Below the pieces are notes generated by a model. The model was given only the letters and a program-made list of their open reading frames with translations. It had not been told where the DNA came from and did no database searches. Below are positions 27,373 through 37,132 of a stretch of 64,000 nucleotides of DNA, piece by piece; the stretch's first letter is position 1, and each line of letters starts with the position of its first letter. Where the stretch lies: positions 35,263 through 99,262 of the forward strand of contig CAZUNO010000009.1 of NCBI GenBank assembly GCA_964621445.1. The letters run 5' to 3'. Source of the DNA: Candidatus Hadarchaeota archaeon (lineage in GTDB: Archaea; CAYQAE01; CAYVLA01). The position numbers and the translations under genes are program-made.

Positions 27373-28011
27373 TTGCCTACGAAAAGCCCAGATCAATTAG
27401 TGGTTCTGGGTTTTCAAGGCAACGTCGCTGAACATGTGGAAGCCCTGCGATCTGCGGTTGACCGCCTTTCCCTGGACGCGGAAGTGAAATCGGGAACGGA
27501 TCCAGGATCAATAAGAAAGGCCAGCGCGGTCTCCATCCCCGGGGGAGAAAGCACCACCATATCCAGGCTCATAGCACGTAGGGGTCTAAAAAGGGATCTG
27601 ATTCACCTGGCCCGGGAGGGTAAACCCATTCTCGGTACATGTGCCGGGCTTATCCTATTGGCCAGAGAGGTGAATGGGCAGGACGTCACCAAACACCCCG
27701 GATTTCCGGCCGTAATGGATATTTCAGTGCAGAGAAATGCCTTCGGTCGCCAGCGAGAGAGTTTCGAAACCGAGCTGGAGTTGAGATTTCCGGAAAGGAC
27801 CATGAGGGAAACAGGGGTCTTCATCCGCGCCCCGATGATAGAGGAAACCCGAGGCGAATGCTGGCCCATCTCCTGGATCGATGGTGCCATAGTAGCGGCC
27901 ACAGAGGGAAATATAATCGGGACCTGCTTCCACCCGGAGCTAACTAGAGAATCTCGTATATACGATCACCTTCTCCTCAGGGCCGGTATGGGGGATGGGC
28001 AGGCTGACTGA
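27373..28011 (+). CDS. pdxT: PLP synthase glutaminase subunit
   Basis: IPGGESTT, GTCAGLILL, RNAFGRQRESFE, FIRAP, FHPEL. Confidence 0.95.
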   Translation: MPTKSPDQLVVLGFQGNVAEHVEALRSAVDRLSLDAEVKSGTDPGSIRKASAVSIPGGESTTISRLIARRGLKRDLIHLAREGKPILGTCAGLILLAREVNGQDVTKHPGFPAVMDISVQRNAFGRQRESFETELELRFPERTMRETGVFIRAPMIEETRGECWPISWIDGAIVAATEGNIIGTCFHPELTRESRIYDHLLLRAGMGDGQAD

Positions 28012-29494
28012 ACAGGCATTCCTGGGCTTTCAATGCAATAGATGTGGATTAACCAGATCCAGCCCTGGAAATTTTCACTGTGATTCCTGCGATGGGGGTG
28101 TATTCGAGGCCCGGTACGATCTATCCGCCATCTCAGAAATGCCCAAGGACGAAAGCCCATCGGTCTGGAAATACGCCAAGCTTCTCCCCCCCGTCGAGTC
28201 CAGCATAACCCTTGGAGAAGGAGGAACGCCGCTTTTCGAATGTGAGAGGGCCATTTCCAATAGGAGGATATTTCTTAAGGATGAATCGAGAAACCCCACC
28301 TCCTCCTTTACAGACCGGGGAAGCACGGTCGCCGTTAGCGCCTCGCTAAATTCCGGTATTTCCAGGGTCGTTTGCGCCACCCATGGTGACACGGGGGCCT
28401 CCGTGGCCGCCTACTCATCAAAGGGCGGACTTCCATGCACCATCTTCGCTCCCACCTCGGCGGAGGCCAGCAAGCTACTCCAGACCCTGGTCTACGGGGC
28501 AAAGCTCGTGAGAATTCCTGGTGCCTTTAGAAATTCCCTGGAAAGATGCAAGGCTGCTTGCAGGGAGGGGTGTACTAACCTTACCCTCGAGACGAACGTC
28601 CACGCTGTCGAGGGCGAAAAGACCACTGGAATTGAAATAGCCGATCAGCTGGGATGGACAGCGCCCGATTTCGTGGTTGTCCCGGCGGGCACGGGAACCA
28701 ATCTCTACGCCACCTGGAAGGGCTACAAGGAGATGGAGCAGGCGGGAATTATCTCAAGGCTGCCGCAGATGGTTGCAGTCCAGGCCGAAGCCTGTGCCCC
28801 CATAGCCAACGCACATAAGGAGGGAAATCAGGTCCAGCGCCAGGAAGCCACAAGGTCTATCGCTTCGAGCATCGCAATTAGGGATCCCCTAAATGGTCAC
28901 CTGGCATTAAATGCCCTTCGGGAATCGGGAGGAACTGCCTTTACCGTATCCGAGGAGGGCATGATCCAGGCCGTTAACATACTGGGAGCCAAGGAAGGGA
29001 TCTTCGCGGAACCCGCATCTGCTGCAACCATTTGTGCGGCCCAAATGTTATTTGAGACGGGAAGAACGGATAGCTCCGATATGGTAGTATGTGTGGTCAC
29101 CGGAAGCGGACTCAAGGTACCGGAAGGAATCGCCAGTAGCCTAAAGCCCAGGCTTCAGTCCTCCTGGGACCTGGTTAGCATGGAACAGAAATCATTGGGA
29201 GCCCTGGGACGGACAAAGATGCAGATACTGGAGATAATTGGCATCGCTCCCAGCTATGGATATGACATCCGGAAACAGCTAGCGGAGAGATACCGGGATG
29301 AAATCAGCCTTCAAGCCGTGTATCAACATCTGGATGAGCTTAGGGAAATGGGCCTCATAACCGTTGAGTCTACGGAAGAGAAGACCTCCAGAAGGAATTA
29401 CTTTCGGCTAACCACCAGAGGGGAGGAGACATTTAGATCCCTGAACACCATACGAGATACCCTCCTGAATTACTCGAAAGAAGAAACCAAATAA
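27995..29494 (+). CDS. Threonine-synthase-fold protein lacking the PLP lysine, fused to a C-terminal PadR-type wHTH
   Basis: Zn ribbon, ITLGEGGTPL, KDESRNPTSSFTDRG (K to T), PAGTGTNL, EPASAA, VVTGSGLK; tail SYGYDIRKQL..AVYQHLDELREMGLI..RRNYFRLTTRG. Confidence 0.85.
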   Translation: MGRLTEQAFLGFQCNRCGLTRSSPGNFHCDSCDGGVFEARYDLSAISEMPKDESPSVWKYAKLLPPVESSITLGEGGTPLFECERAISNRRIFLKDESRNPTSSFTDRGSTVAVSASLNSGISRVVCATHGDTGASVAAYSSKGGLPCTIFAPTSAEASKLLQTLVYGAKLVRIPGAFRNSLERCKAACREGCTNLTLETNVHAVEGEKTTGIEIADQLGWTAPDFVVVPAGTGTNLYATWKGYKEMEQAGIISRLPQMVAVQAEACAPIANAHKEGNQVQRQEATRSIASSIAIRDPLNGHLALNALRESGGTAFTVSEEGMIQAVNILGAKEGIFAEPASAATICAAQMLFETGRTDSSDMVVCVVTGSGLKVPEGIASSLKPRLQSSWDLVSMEQKSLGALGRTKMQILEIIGIAPSYGYDIRKQLAERYRDEISLQAVYQHLDELREMGLITVESTEEKTSRRNYFRLTTRGEETFRSLNTIRDTLLNYSKEETK

Positions 29495-29664
29495 CATCCT
29501 GACTCCATATCATTCTATACCCGCTTGCAACCCCTGGCGGACCTGCGAAGGCGAAAAATGCTATTTTTAACTGATTGGGTGGCTCTACGCCCCCTATTAT
29601 CCCCCGGCGAGTTGGAAATCTTTTTATTTGCCCTAACAAGAAGTTATGGTACCGGTGATAAGCA

Positions 29665-29868
29665 ATGGGAAAACTTCCGCTGGCACCAGTTGAAAGGATA
29701 ATCAAACAGAATGCAAATGCCGAGAGAGTTAGTGCATCGGCTTCCGAGGAATTGGCAGAGGTCCTTGAGGAATATGGAACAGAGGTAGCCTCCAAGGCCG
29801 TTGAGTTGGCTAGACACGCCGGACGGAAGACCGTGAAGGCCGAAGATATCAAGCTGGCTGCCAGGTAA
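29665..29868 (+). CDS. Archaeal histone (HMf family)
   Basis: [33 protein letters not shown]. Confidence 0.95.
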   Translation: MGKLPLAPVERIIKQNANAERVSASASEELAEVLEEYGTEVASKAVELARHAGRKTVKAEDIKLAAR

Positions 29869-30070
29869 TTCTTACCTATCTGGAGGCTAATCAAGCCTCC
29901 TTGGCAACATTTGTTGTTCCACTAATACCTTGACCTGCCTAGTTATTAGTTTAGAGTGACTTCAGGCACATGACTCGAAGCGGGTCTGAGAATGTCTAAT
30001 AATTGGTATTTGAGCAGGATTGGAAACGATCTTTATAAGCTAGGGGAATAAAATTACTTGTGGTGGAACC

Positions 30071-31315
30071 TTGTCTTCAAGGCTCACGATAATTACCGTC
30101 ACCGTTCTACTTCTGGGAATTATAGCAGGCGCATCAGCTCAGGAAAAACCCAGGATAATCAAGGTTATCGGTACGGGAAAGGCCGAGGGCATGCCCATAC
30201 TCACCTCCTGGTTCACCACCGAGCCTTCAACTGAGCCAATAATAATTCCGACCAGGGCCTATGGTGAAGTTGGTGCAGGGGATATCCAGAGATTCATGCG
30301 GATATACTTCCCGAGAACCTATGAAAACCTTCTACAATACGAGTTCTTTTTCATGGCCCAGGTGGACATGCAGTTTATAGGGCCAAAGCAGGAGAAGTGG
30401 ATCTTCAATGCGCTGTCCCAACATCCCAAGGGAGGGGTGAACACGAGAAGCATAATGAGCACTCACGACTGGCTCCACCTCCCATGGAGGGACAGCATAA
30501 TTTCCGATGCCTTCCCAAATGACGTTTCCGCGATAATTGCCGATACGGGAAATAAACAGGGAGAGCCAGGAACGCTCATCATAAAGGATGATCCAGCACT
30601 GCCCAACATAATGAAATCATTCAAGGACCCCATAGAGGGGGTTTTTGGTCAATACGCGGGCCTCAATACCATCCCAAAACCCGGCTCAGTTATCCTCTCT
30701 TACACCAGGAACAATCAAGGCATAGGACACCCCGTGCCTGGCCAGATAGCCCATGTTTTTTACTGGAGGTGGAACGAATCGATAACCTTCACCTTCCAGG
30801 ATATGGTTTACGACAGGTTCTGGAGTCCCAGGCAATCAACCGGCCAGACAAACCCCTATGCCCCCGATATCATCGCCAATATCGTCTGGTTTAGCACGGG
30901 CAGGGAGCTACCAAATGACCCATTCAAGGTCCACGACTTCAGGAGGGACCTTTACGACTTCCAGATCAAGAAGAGCCTCCTAGTCAGCCTCCTGGAATTC
31001 GCCGAAAGTTTCGGGGCCAATCCGGATCGGGAATATGATAACCTGGGCGAGGTGGAAGATATGAGATCCACGGCTTCCGATTATTACCTGGAAGGGGACT
31101 TCGATGCCGCCTACAATGAAATGGAGCTAGCACTTGAACAGATGGTGGAGCTGGAAGAGCAGGCTTCCCAGCTCAAGAACAAAGCCCTATTCTGGGTATA
31201 CGTAGTCGAGTGGACGGTTACTACCGGCGTTTTTCTGGTTGCCGGTTTCGTCCTTTGGACGCTTATGGTTAGAAGAGCACTATATCATGAGGTTGGGGAA
31301 ACCAGGACCTTCTAG
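30071..31315 (+). CDS. Secreted protein with C-terminal TM anchor, paralog of 25113-26357
   Basis: Same length (414 aa) and shared motifs FMRIYFPRT, SDAFPND, NPY, TGRELP, FGAN, LFWVY. Confidence 0.8.
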   Translation: MSSRLTIITVTVLLLGIIAGASAQEKPRIIKVIGTGKAEGMPILTSWFTTEPSTEPIIIPTRAYGEVGAGDIQRFMRIYFPRTYENLLQYEFFFMAQVDMQFIGPKQEKWIFNALSQHPKGGVNTRSIMSTHDWLHLPWRDSIISDAFPNDVSAIIADTGNKQGEPGTLIIKDDPALPNIMKSFKDPIEGVFGQYAGLNTIPKPGSVILSYTRNNQGIGHPVPGQIAHVFYWRWNESITFTFQDMVYDRFWSPRQSTGQTNPYAPDIIANIVWFSTGRELPNDPFKVHDFRRDLYDFQIKKSLLVSLLEFAESFGANPDREYDNLGEVEDMRSTASDYYLEGDFDAAYNEMELALEQMVELEEQASQLKNKALFWVYVVEWTVTTGVFLVAGFVLWTLMVRRALYHEVGETRTF

Positions 31316-31437
31316 CCACCGGTGAGAATTGATAGGATAATAATAACCACCAGGATTATTACGAAGAGTACGATCAGAAATACTAACCTCAAGTTGTAAA
31401 AGCGAAGCCTGCTCTCAATTTTTTTCTCTTTGCTCAA
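31312..31437 (-). CDS. 41-aa single-TM small protein (below the ORF-track cutoff)
   Basis: TTG start, MSKEKKIESRLRFYNLRLVFLIVLFVIILVVIIILSILTGG; purine-rich RBS and TTATTAA upstream. Confidence 0.55.
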   Translation of the reverse strand: MSKEKKIESRLRFYNLRLVFLIVLFVIILVVIIILSILTGG

Positions 31438-31607
31438 GCAGTTAAACCCCTTTCTAGATTCTATTTGGGTTGTGATGGTCCCTTAATAACTAAGGTGCTC
31501 GTTAGATAGTAATTTCCCCCCGATATGAATGCTATCTTACCATTTCACGACCATCATTTGCATCTTTTATGGAATCGTTTTATTTTAGCCCGAGGTAATG
31601 CTCAGGG

Positions 31608-32354
31608 ATGAAATCTGACCAGGCCCTCGAAACCCCGGAGTTACTCAGAGCCCTGTCCAGAGAGGGGGCAATGGGAATTCTCAGAGAGGCAGAAAATGGA
31701 TTCGAAAGTGGCAAGGAAACCATTCGGCAGCTCGGTCTGGGGCAAAAGGCCTATTATTCACGGCTTGGGGACCTGAGAAGGCTAGGCCTCATCAGGAAGG
31801 ATGGCATCAACAAATACATCATCACCCAAAAGGGAACCATTGCTGTAAACGTCCAGAAAAGACTTGCCAATGCCCTTCACGGGGACGTAAGCTTGCTGCC
31901 CATGGAATCGAGGGTAATGGTAACCTACCAGGAAATGATGAACACCCTTTCCCAGAGGATAGACGCCGCCACGAGCAGGCTCAAACTGGCGACCCGATAC
32001 ATCGACACCACCATTGCCAAGAAGACCTTCGATGCCATGGATAGAAACGTTTCCATCGAGATCTTGTACAAAAAGGGGAGACAGCATCTTGGACCTATGG
32101 CTTTGGAGCTCCTGGGAATGGTAAAAAATGATATCGCCAGCAGAGCCAAGGAACTCCGAAAAATGACCAGAATCTCCGACATACCCTTTTCCTTCGCGGT
32201 TATCGATGGTCACTGGTCCGGAATAGAGATAGTTGGAGGTGACGATACATTCGTTGCCGCCTTTGAATTTGAGGGGGAGGAAGCGGCAAAGACGCTTTCT
32301 TGGTTATTTAGGCATTACTATAGGGTAGGAACTGTTTTTCCAAGGTTTCAGTAG
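31608..32354 (+). CDS. wHTH transcriptional regulator with TrmB/PLD-like C-terminal domain
   Basis: LGLGQKAYYSRLGDLRRLGLI..YIITQKG wHTH; FSFAVIDG PLD-like strand. Confidence 0.7.
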   Translation: MKSDQALETPELLRALSREGAMGILREAENGFESGKETIRQLGLGQKAYYSRLGDLRRLGLIRKDGINKYIITQKGTIAVNVQKRLANALHGDVSLLPMESRVMVTYQEMMNTLSQRIDAATSRLKLATRYIDTTIAKKTFDAMDRNVSIEILYKKGRQHLGPMALELLGMVKNDIASRAKELRKMTRISDIPFSFAVIDGHWSGIEIVGGDDTFVAAFEFEGEEAAKTLSWLFRHYYRVGTVFPRFQ

Positions 32355-32482
32355 GATTCGCACCGTTGTGTTTTTTTCCAAATACATAAAGGCCTTTCTA
32401 AGAAATATTTATTAACAAAATCCAAAAAAATATTTTACATCAATTCGGCGGGAACACTGTCTGGAAAAATCGGGGTCGGGAA

Positions 32483-32950
32483 ATGCCCATAAAGAAAAAC
32501 GAAATTAAGGTACTTAGAGCGCTCTGCAAGGACGCCCGTAGAACCCTTGAGGATATCGGTAGCGAGACTGGGCTCACAGGACCTGGCGTCGGCAAGATTA
32601 TAGACAGGCTCGAAAGAAACGATGTAATAACCGGATATATAGCTGTACCGGCTCTTCAGAAAATCGATTTCAAGGTAGTCCATCTTCTACTTTTCAGGTG
32701 GGATCACGCCAAGGGCAACACAGGAGACCTAGATGATTATCTTAGAGAAGAAAAGGGCATCATATTTGCAGCTCCCATAGAGGGGTCCGGGTACACCCAT
32801 CTAGTGCTATCCGCACATGCCGATTTCTCAGCGCTGGTGAACTTTCTCAAGGAATTCAGGTCGGAGTGGGACGAGTTCGTAAAGGAGGACAGCTCCATTC
32901 TACTGTCTCCTGAGCATACTATTAAGGGCCCCAATTTCGAGGTTTTCTAG
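32483..32950 (+). CDS. Lrp/AsnC-family transcriptional regulator
   Basis: LRALCKDARRTLEDIG..GLT..RLERNDVITGY; RAM-like C-terminal domain. Confidence 0.85.
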   Translation: MPIKKNEIKVLRALCKDARRTLEDIGSETGLTGPGVGKIIDRLERNDVITGYIAVPALQKIDFKVVHLLLFRWDHAKGNTGDLDDYLREEKGIIFAAPIEGSGYTHLVLSAHADFSALVNFLKEFRSEWDEFVKEDSSILLSPEHTIKGPNFEVF

Positions 32951-32954
32951 CCAA

Positions 32955-33500
32955 TTAGGCCAAACCCGCTTCTGTCAGCCTCTCAAGCAAGCCGTCTACG
33001 ACTCCTCTTGCTTCATCCGCATCCTTTAGACCGGCAACCACGAGTTTCCCGGTACCGAAAACCAAAACGGATACCGTTGACTCGTAGGGCTTGTAGACAA
33101 GACCGGGGAACTGCTCCGGCTCGTATTCCACGTTCTCAATGTTCAGCGCAATCTCATCCAGGTTCATGATCAAGCCCAGGTCCACCGTTGCCACGACGTT
33201 TGTCACGTTGATCTTCGGGTCCTTCCTGATATCAATATCCAGGTCGCGAAGCTGCTCGACGAGCTTGGCCACTCCTTCCTCAATTCTGCTGATGTGGTCC
33301 GCGCCCGTGCAGTTCATCTTGCCATTTCTAAATACCAGAAAGGATATCTTCGGTTCCTTGAATTTAACAATCAATGCAGGGAATCGATCGGGATCGTATT
33401 CACTGTTCGGTAACTCAAATGCTAGGCGTTCTAGATCGAGCTCTGTCTTAAGATCCACAAATGCTACGATATTCTGAACTTCAATTCTCGGCCTCTCCAA
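32955..33500 (-). CDS. tbp: TATA-box binding protein
   Basis: Two repeats: QNIVA..LDL..EYDPDRFPAL..LVFRNGK and NVVAT..EYEPEQFPGLVY..LVFGTGKLVVAG. Confidence 0.93.
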   Translation of the reverse strand: MERPRIEVQNIVAFVDLKTELDLERLAFELPNSEYDPDRFPALIVKFKEPKISFLVFRNGKMNCTGADHISRIEEGVAKLVEQLRDLDIDIRKDPKINVTNVVATVDLGLIMNLDEIALNIENVEYEPEQFPGLVYKPYESTVSVLVFGTGKLVVAGLKDADEARGVVDGLLERLTEAGLA

Positions 33501-33584
33501 TCACAAAGCTCCTTTTAAACTATGGTGAGCTTTATCAACGTGGCACATATAACTATATTTGTCTATTTCGGCCCTGTGGTACTC

Positions 33585-33749
33585 ATGTCATACGAAGAGG
33601 AGATCCCAAGAAGGAAGAAAGACCCATTAAAATCCTTCAGAGACCCTAAAATGGAAAGGGAAGAGCATTACAAGAGAACGGTGAAGATAGAGGAGAGGAA
33701 TCGACGCGAGAGATGGCCCGGTAAGAGAAGGAAGAAGGACGAGGACTAA
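33585..33749 (+). CDS. Small highly charged hypothetical protein
   Basis: ATG about 30 nt after an AT-rich TATA-like element; K/R/E-rich. Confidence 0.5.
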   Translation: MSYEEEIPRRKKDPLKSFRDPKMEREEHYKRTVKIEERNRRERWPGKRRKKDED

Positions 33750-33774
33750 CACCGCCATCGAACTCCATGCATTC

Positions 33775-34107
33775 CTACAACCTTTCTGCACCCGCTTTCC
33801 CAAGAACCCATATGCCCACCACGATAAGAACTATGGCAAACCAGTTGTAATCAAGTTCCTGTAATCTGGTCCAGCCTAGAATTAATAGGATGGCCCCCAA
33901 AACCAAGGTAAAGGAATTAATCCCAACATGGAGAAGGGCCCTTCCCAGGTTAAGTATCAGAAGCATGGCTCCTGCGCCTATGGCCGCAATGGCCCAGAAA
34001 TCGAATGTGTATAGGTCCTGGAGTAGAATTACCATTCCAAGGTAAAGTATGAATGACCCGATTGCCAACCGATCAAGAAAAATTCCCGTGTTCCTTCCCC
34101 CTGGCAT
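33775..34107 (-). CDS. Small four-TM membrane protein
   Basis: Four hydrophobic helices. Confidence 0.65.
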   Translation of the reverse strand: MPGGRNTGIFLDRLAIGSFILYLGMVILLQDLYTFDFWAIAAIGAGAMLLILNLGRALLHVGINSFTLVLGAILLILGWTRLQELDYNWFAIVLIVVGIWVLGKAGAERL

Positions 34108-34131
34108 AACTTTTCTTTACTTAACTCAAAT

Positions 34132-35592
34132 TTAAGACTTGTTATCGGAGCTATTCTGGAGAATATTTGCGTAGATATTCATTGCTCGCCGGTATGACTC
34201 CTGTACCTCAACTCTCTCCTTCTCATCCCCGTAACGACGGTCATCCTGGATGGATCTCTCAAGCAACTCCCGGCACCAGTTAAGATAGAATTCCGCGTCC
34301 TCAGGAGAGGGGTTCATAGGGCTTTCAGTCTGTAGGAAGAATGGATTGGAGTGGGCAAATATGGTATCGTTCCTGGCCTCGAAAGCTCTTACTGCCAACC
34401 AACAGCTTTCCTCTATCTCCAGGTCAATAATCTGTTCAAAGGTTCTCTCATCCTGCGCATCCCAGGAGTCATCTACAGATCCATTCCTGACCAGGTCCAC
34501 CGTCCTCAATTTATGGCCCGATATTACCTTAATCTCGATCTGTACCTCCCTGGTTTTGATAGGCCTGAGGCGTATCCCCGGGCCCTCACCACTAATACAG
34601 GTGAAAAGCATTGGCCCATTTGTTGCAAAGCCTCTACCCTCCTTCATTGCCTGGCACCATGATCCGTAGTTGAAATCCTCGCCCTCCATTTTCACGTAAA
34701 GCCGGTTAAAACCCACCGGGTTTAGCATAACCCCAGATGCGGATCCTGCCGAAATGGGGATCCTCATTCCCAGGTTCAGATACCTGTAATAGAGATCCAA
34801 CACGTAGTCTAGAAACCCTCTAGTGCCTGGATATCTATCCCTGTCCCTCGGCCTACCCCAGGCTTCATCATCCCTGACCTCACGTCTCTGAAGGTGGTTG
34901 TTTACAACTCCCATGGTGTCCACCAGGCCCAAAGCAACATTGACCGGGGCCTCCCACCAGAACGGTTTTTCCTGTTCGATGATTGCCCCCCGTTCTTTCA
35001 TTCTACGAAGCAGGAGGTTCTGTGCGGGATGCCAATTACCGGTCGCGACCTTGACGGGATTGCAGATATTTATGCCCATCGCCGCTCCCCCGGACCTTTC
35101 ATCCTCCTGAGTCATGAAGCTATACGACCTTTTCCCCCTCTGCCAAATATCCCCCTGGAACAGAAGGCCTTCGAATTGCCATTCCTGGTTCCAGTAGCTT
35201 ATGACCGGGGCAACGTTGAGATCCTCGGCCTCCAGAAGGTGCGGCATCCTTCGGGGGTTGCGGTGAACGTGGGTGTCTCCCGAATACCAGCCCAGTTTCG
35301 CCATGTCGATCCATCTTCTCATTTCAAAGAGGCGAGTGGTAACCTCCCCCTCGCTTATCTCAATTGTATCCGAGATGCCCTCATACTCCTTTCCCTTTTC
35401 AATCAGGATATGTGCAATGCCCCTAGGAAGGTGGATTGAGAAGCCCCCGTAGATGGTGAAATGGAGGTCCTTTTTGTAGGGAACTCCGCCTCTAGGGTAC
35501 CTATACTCCCCATCTGCATCCTGTAGCTGGATCCTGGCATGTGTGGGCTTTCCACTTTCCTCTATCCGGAGGTCAAGACTCCCGTTTTCCAT
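34132..35592 (-). CDS. CehA/McbA-like PHP-fold metallohydrolase
   Basis: KGKEYE, RWIDM..GWYSGDTHVH, YRYLNLG..SAGS, GRGFATNGP, AHSNPF. Confidence 0.75.
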   Translation of the reverse strand: MENGSLDLRIEESGKPTHARIQLQDADGEYRYPRGGVPYKKDLHFTIYGGFSIHLPRGIAHILIEKGKEYEGISDTIEISEGEVTTRLFEMRRWIDMAKLGWYSGDTHVHRNPRRMPHLLEAEDLNVAPVISYWNQEWQFEGLLFQGDIWQRGKRSYSFMTQEDERSGGAAMGINICNPVKVATGNWHPAQNLLLRRMKERGAIIEQEKPFWWEAPVNVALGLVDTMGVVNNHLQRREVRDDEAWGRPRDRDRYPGTRGFLDYVLDLYYRYLNLGMRIPISAGSASGVMLNPVGFNRLYVKMEGEDFNYGSWCQAMKEGRGFATNGPMLFTCISGEGPGIRLRPIKTREVQIEIKVISGHKLRTVDLVRNGSVDDSWDAQDERTFEQIIDLEIEESCWLAVRAFEARNDTIFAHSNPFFLQTESPMNPSPEDAEFYLNWCRELLERSIQDDRRYGDEKERVEVQESYRRAMNIYANILQNSSDNKS

Positions 35593-35613
35593 ACCCGTAG
35601 ATCCCCTGAATTC

Positions 35614-36006
35614 CTATTCGGAATTCCCAAGGCCAACGCTGATAAAAATAATGACCAGTGTATCCTCGCTATTGTTCCTGGCCGCGTGCGAGGTGTTGGT
35701 AGGGGCGTAAATCACATCGCCGGTCTTTACATCGAACCATTCATCATTTAACATGAATTGGCCCTCCCCTTCCAGAACGAAGAAGACCTGCTCAACATCC
35801 GAGTGTGAGTGAGGCTCATGAAAGCCTCCCGGACGGTAGTTCTGGACAAGTATAGTTAGATTTCTCGAACCGCTAATGGCTCCCTTTTCTCCCGTGGTTA
35901 TGAGGTCCTGGCCATCCAGCAGGGTGGCAATTGGCTTTGGTTCTCCTTCTTTAGGTTTCTTCCATTTCTTCACGGGAACATCTGAGATGTTTGTGGCATA
36001 ATTCAT
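35614..36006 (-). CDS. Cupin-domain protein
   Basis: PHSHSDVEQVFFVLEGEG and GDVIYAPTNTSH cupin motifs. Confidence 0.85.
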   Translation of the reverse strand: MNYATNISDVPVKKWKKPKEGEPKPIATLLDGQDLITTGEKGAISGSRNLTILVQNYRPGGFHEPHSHSDVEQVFFVLEGEGQFMLNDEWFDVKTGDVIYAPTNTSHAARNNSEDTLVIIFISVGLGNSE

Positions 36007-36123
36007 ACTAAACCTCCAAATTCCTATTCAGGTGATCCTCTTCTTTTCTTTAATATCCTCCCTAATAATCCTGGGAAAGATGTTCGAATTAATAAACGAG
36101 TGGTAGAAAGCCCAGGAGATCAA

Positions 36124-37113
36124 ATGAGTACTCTCTCCGTTGGTTTCATAGGTGCCGGTGGCATAGCCCGTTCACACACCAAGGCTCTCCAGGAACTTGG
36201 AAACGTTGAATTCGCCGCATTCTGCGATATTGTGAAGCAGAAGGCAGAATCGTATAGCCAGGAATATGGCGGTGAGGTATACACCGATTATACCAGGATG
36301 CTGGAAGGGACGGAAATGGATGCCGTATACATCTGCCTGCCACCATTTGCTCACTCGGATGAGGTCCAGGTGGCCGCTGAAAACGGGATCCACGTGTTCA
36401 TGCAAAAACCGATAGCTCTGGACATGGAACTGGCCAATAAAATGGTGTCCGCGGTGAGAAAAACAGGTGTAAAAAGCCAGGTCGGTTACCAGCTCAGGTT
36501 TGGCAAGGGGGTTCAAAGGGCACGGGAACTCCTCGAGGGAGGAGACCTTGGCCCCATCACCATGGCTTTGGCCAGGTATATCTGCAACTTCGTGGGAGGT
36601 TCCTGGTGGAAGGACCCCTCAAAAAGCGGAGGGCAAATCGTGGAACAGTCAACCCATGCCGTTGATCTCCTCAGATACCTATGCGGAGATGTCAAGAGGG
36701 TACAATCCGAAATGGACACCAGATACTGGACGGAGATCGAGGATCTGGAGATAGAGGACGTGAGTTCGACTGCCATGCGATTCGAAAACGGGGCGGTGGG
36801 GTCAATGGTGGCCACAACCGGTGGTTTTCCTGGAAAATGGATACTTGATCTTGCCGTGTTTACAAAGAAGGCGGTGCTCGAATTGAAGGACCCCCATTCA
36901 CTGAAGATAACCTGGAACAGGGAAAATACGGTGGAGGAATCCTATAGCCAGACCACGAACCTCAGTCTCTTGGAAGCCAAGCATTTCACCAACGCAGTGA
37001 TGAATGATAAGCCGACCTCCACCCCGATCTCTGAGGGCGCCAAAACTCTTGAGGTGACCCTGGCAATCAGGAGGAGCGGCCTGGAAGGCGTGCCTGTCAA
37101 CCTGACCAATTAG
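36124..37113 (+). CDS. Gfo/Idh/MocA-family NAD(P) oxidoreductase
   Basis: GFIGAGGIA, DAVYICLPPFAH, QKPIA, SGGQIVEQSTH. Confidence 0.9.
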   Translation: MSTLSVGFIGAGGIARSHTKALQELGNVEFAAFCDIVKQKAESYSQEYGGEVYTDYTRMLEGTEMDAVYICLPPFAHSDEVQVAAENGIHVFMQKPIALDMELANKMVSAVRKTGVKSQVGYQLRFGKGVQRARELLEGGDLGPITMALARYICNFVGGSWWKDPSKSGGQIVEQSTHAVDLLRYLCGDVKRVQSEMDTRYWTEIEDLEIEDVSSTAMRFENGAVGSMVATTGGFPGKWILDLAVFTKKAVLELKDPHSLKITWNRENTVEESYSQTTNLSLLEAKHFTNAVMNDKPTSTPISEGAKTLEVTLAIRRSGLEGVPVNLTN

Positions 37114-37132
37114 CATTCAGGGGCACGAAGCT

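Noticed and set aside
27995-29494. Ordinary threonine synthase (thrC)
   Set aside because: Schiff-base Lys absent, wHTH fusion present, no hom/thrB neighbours
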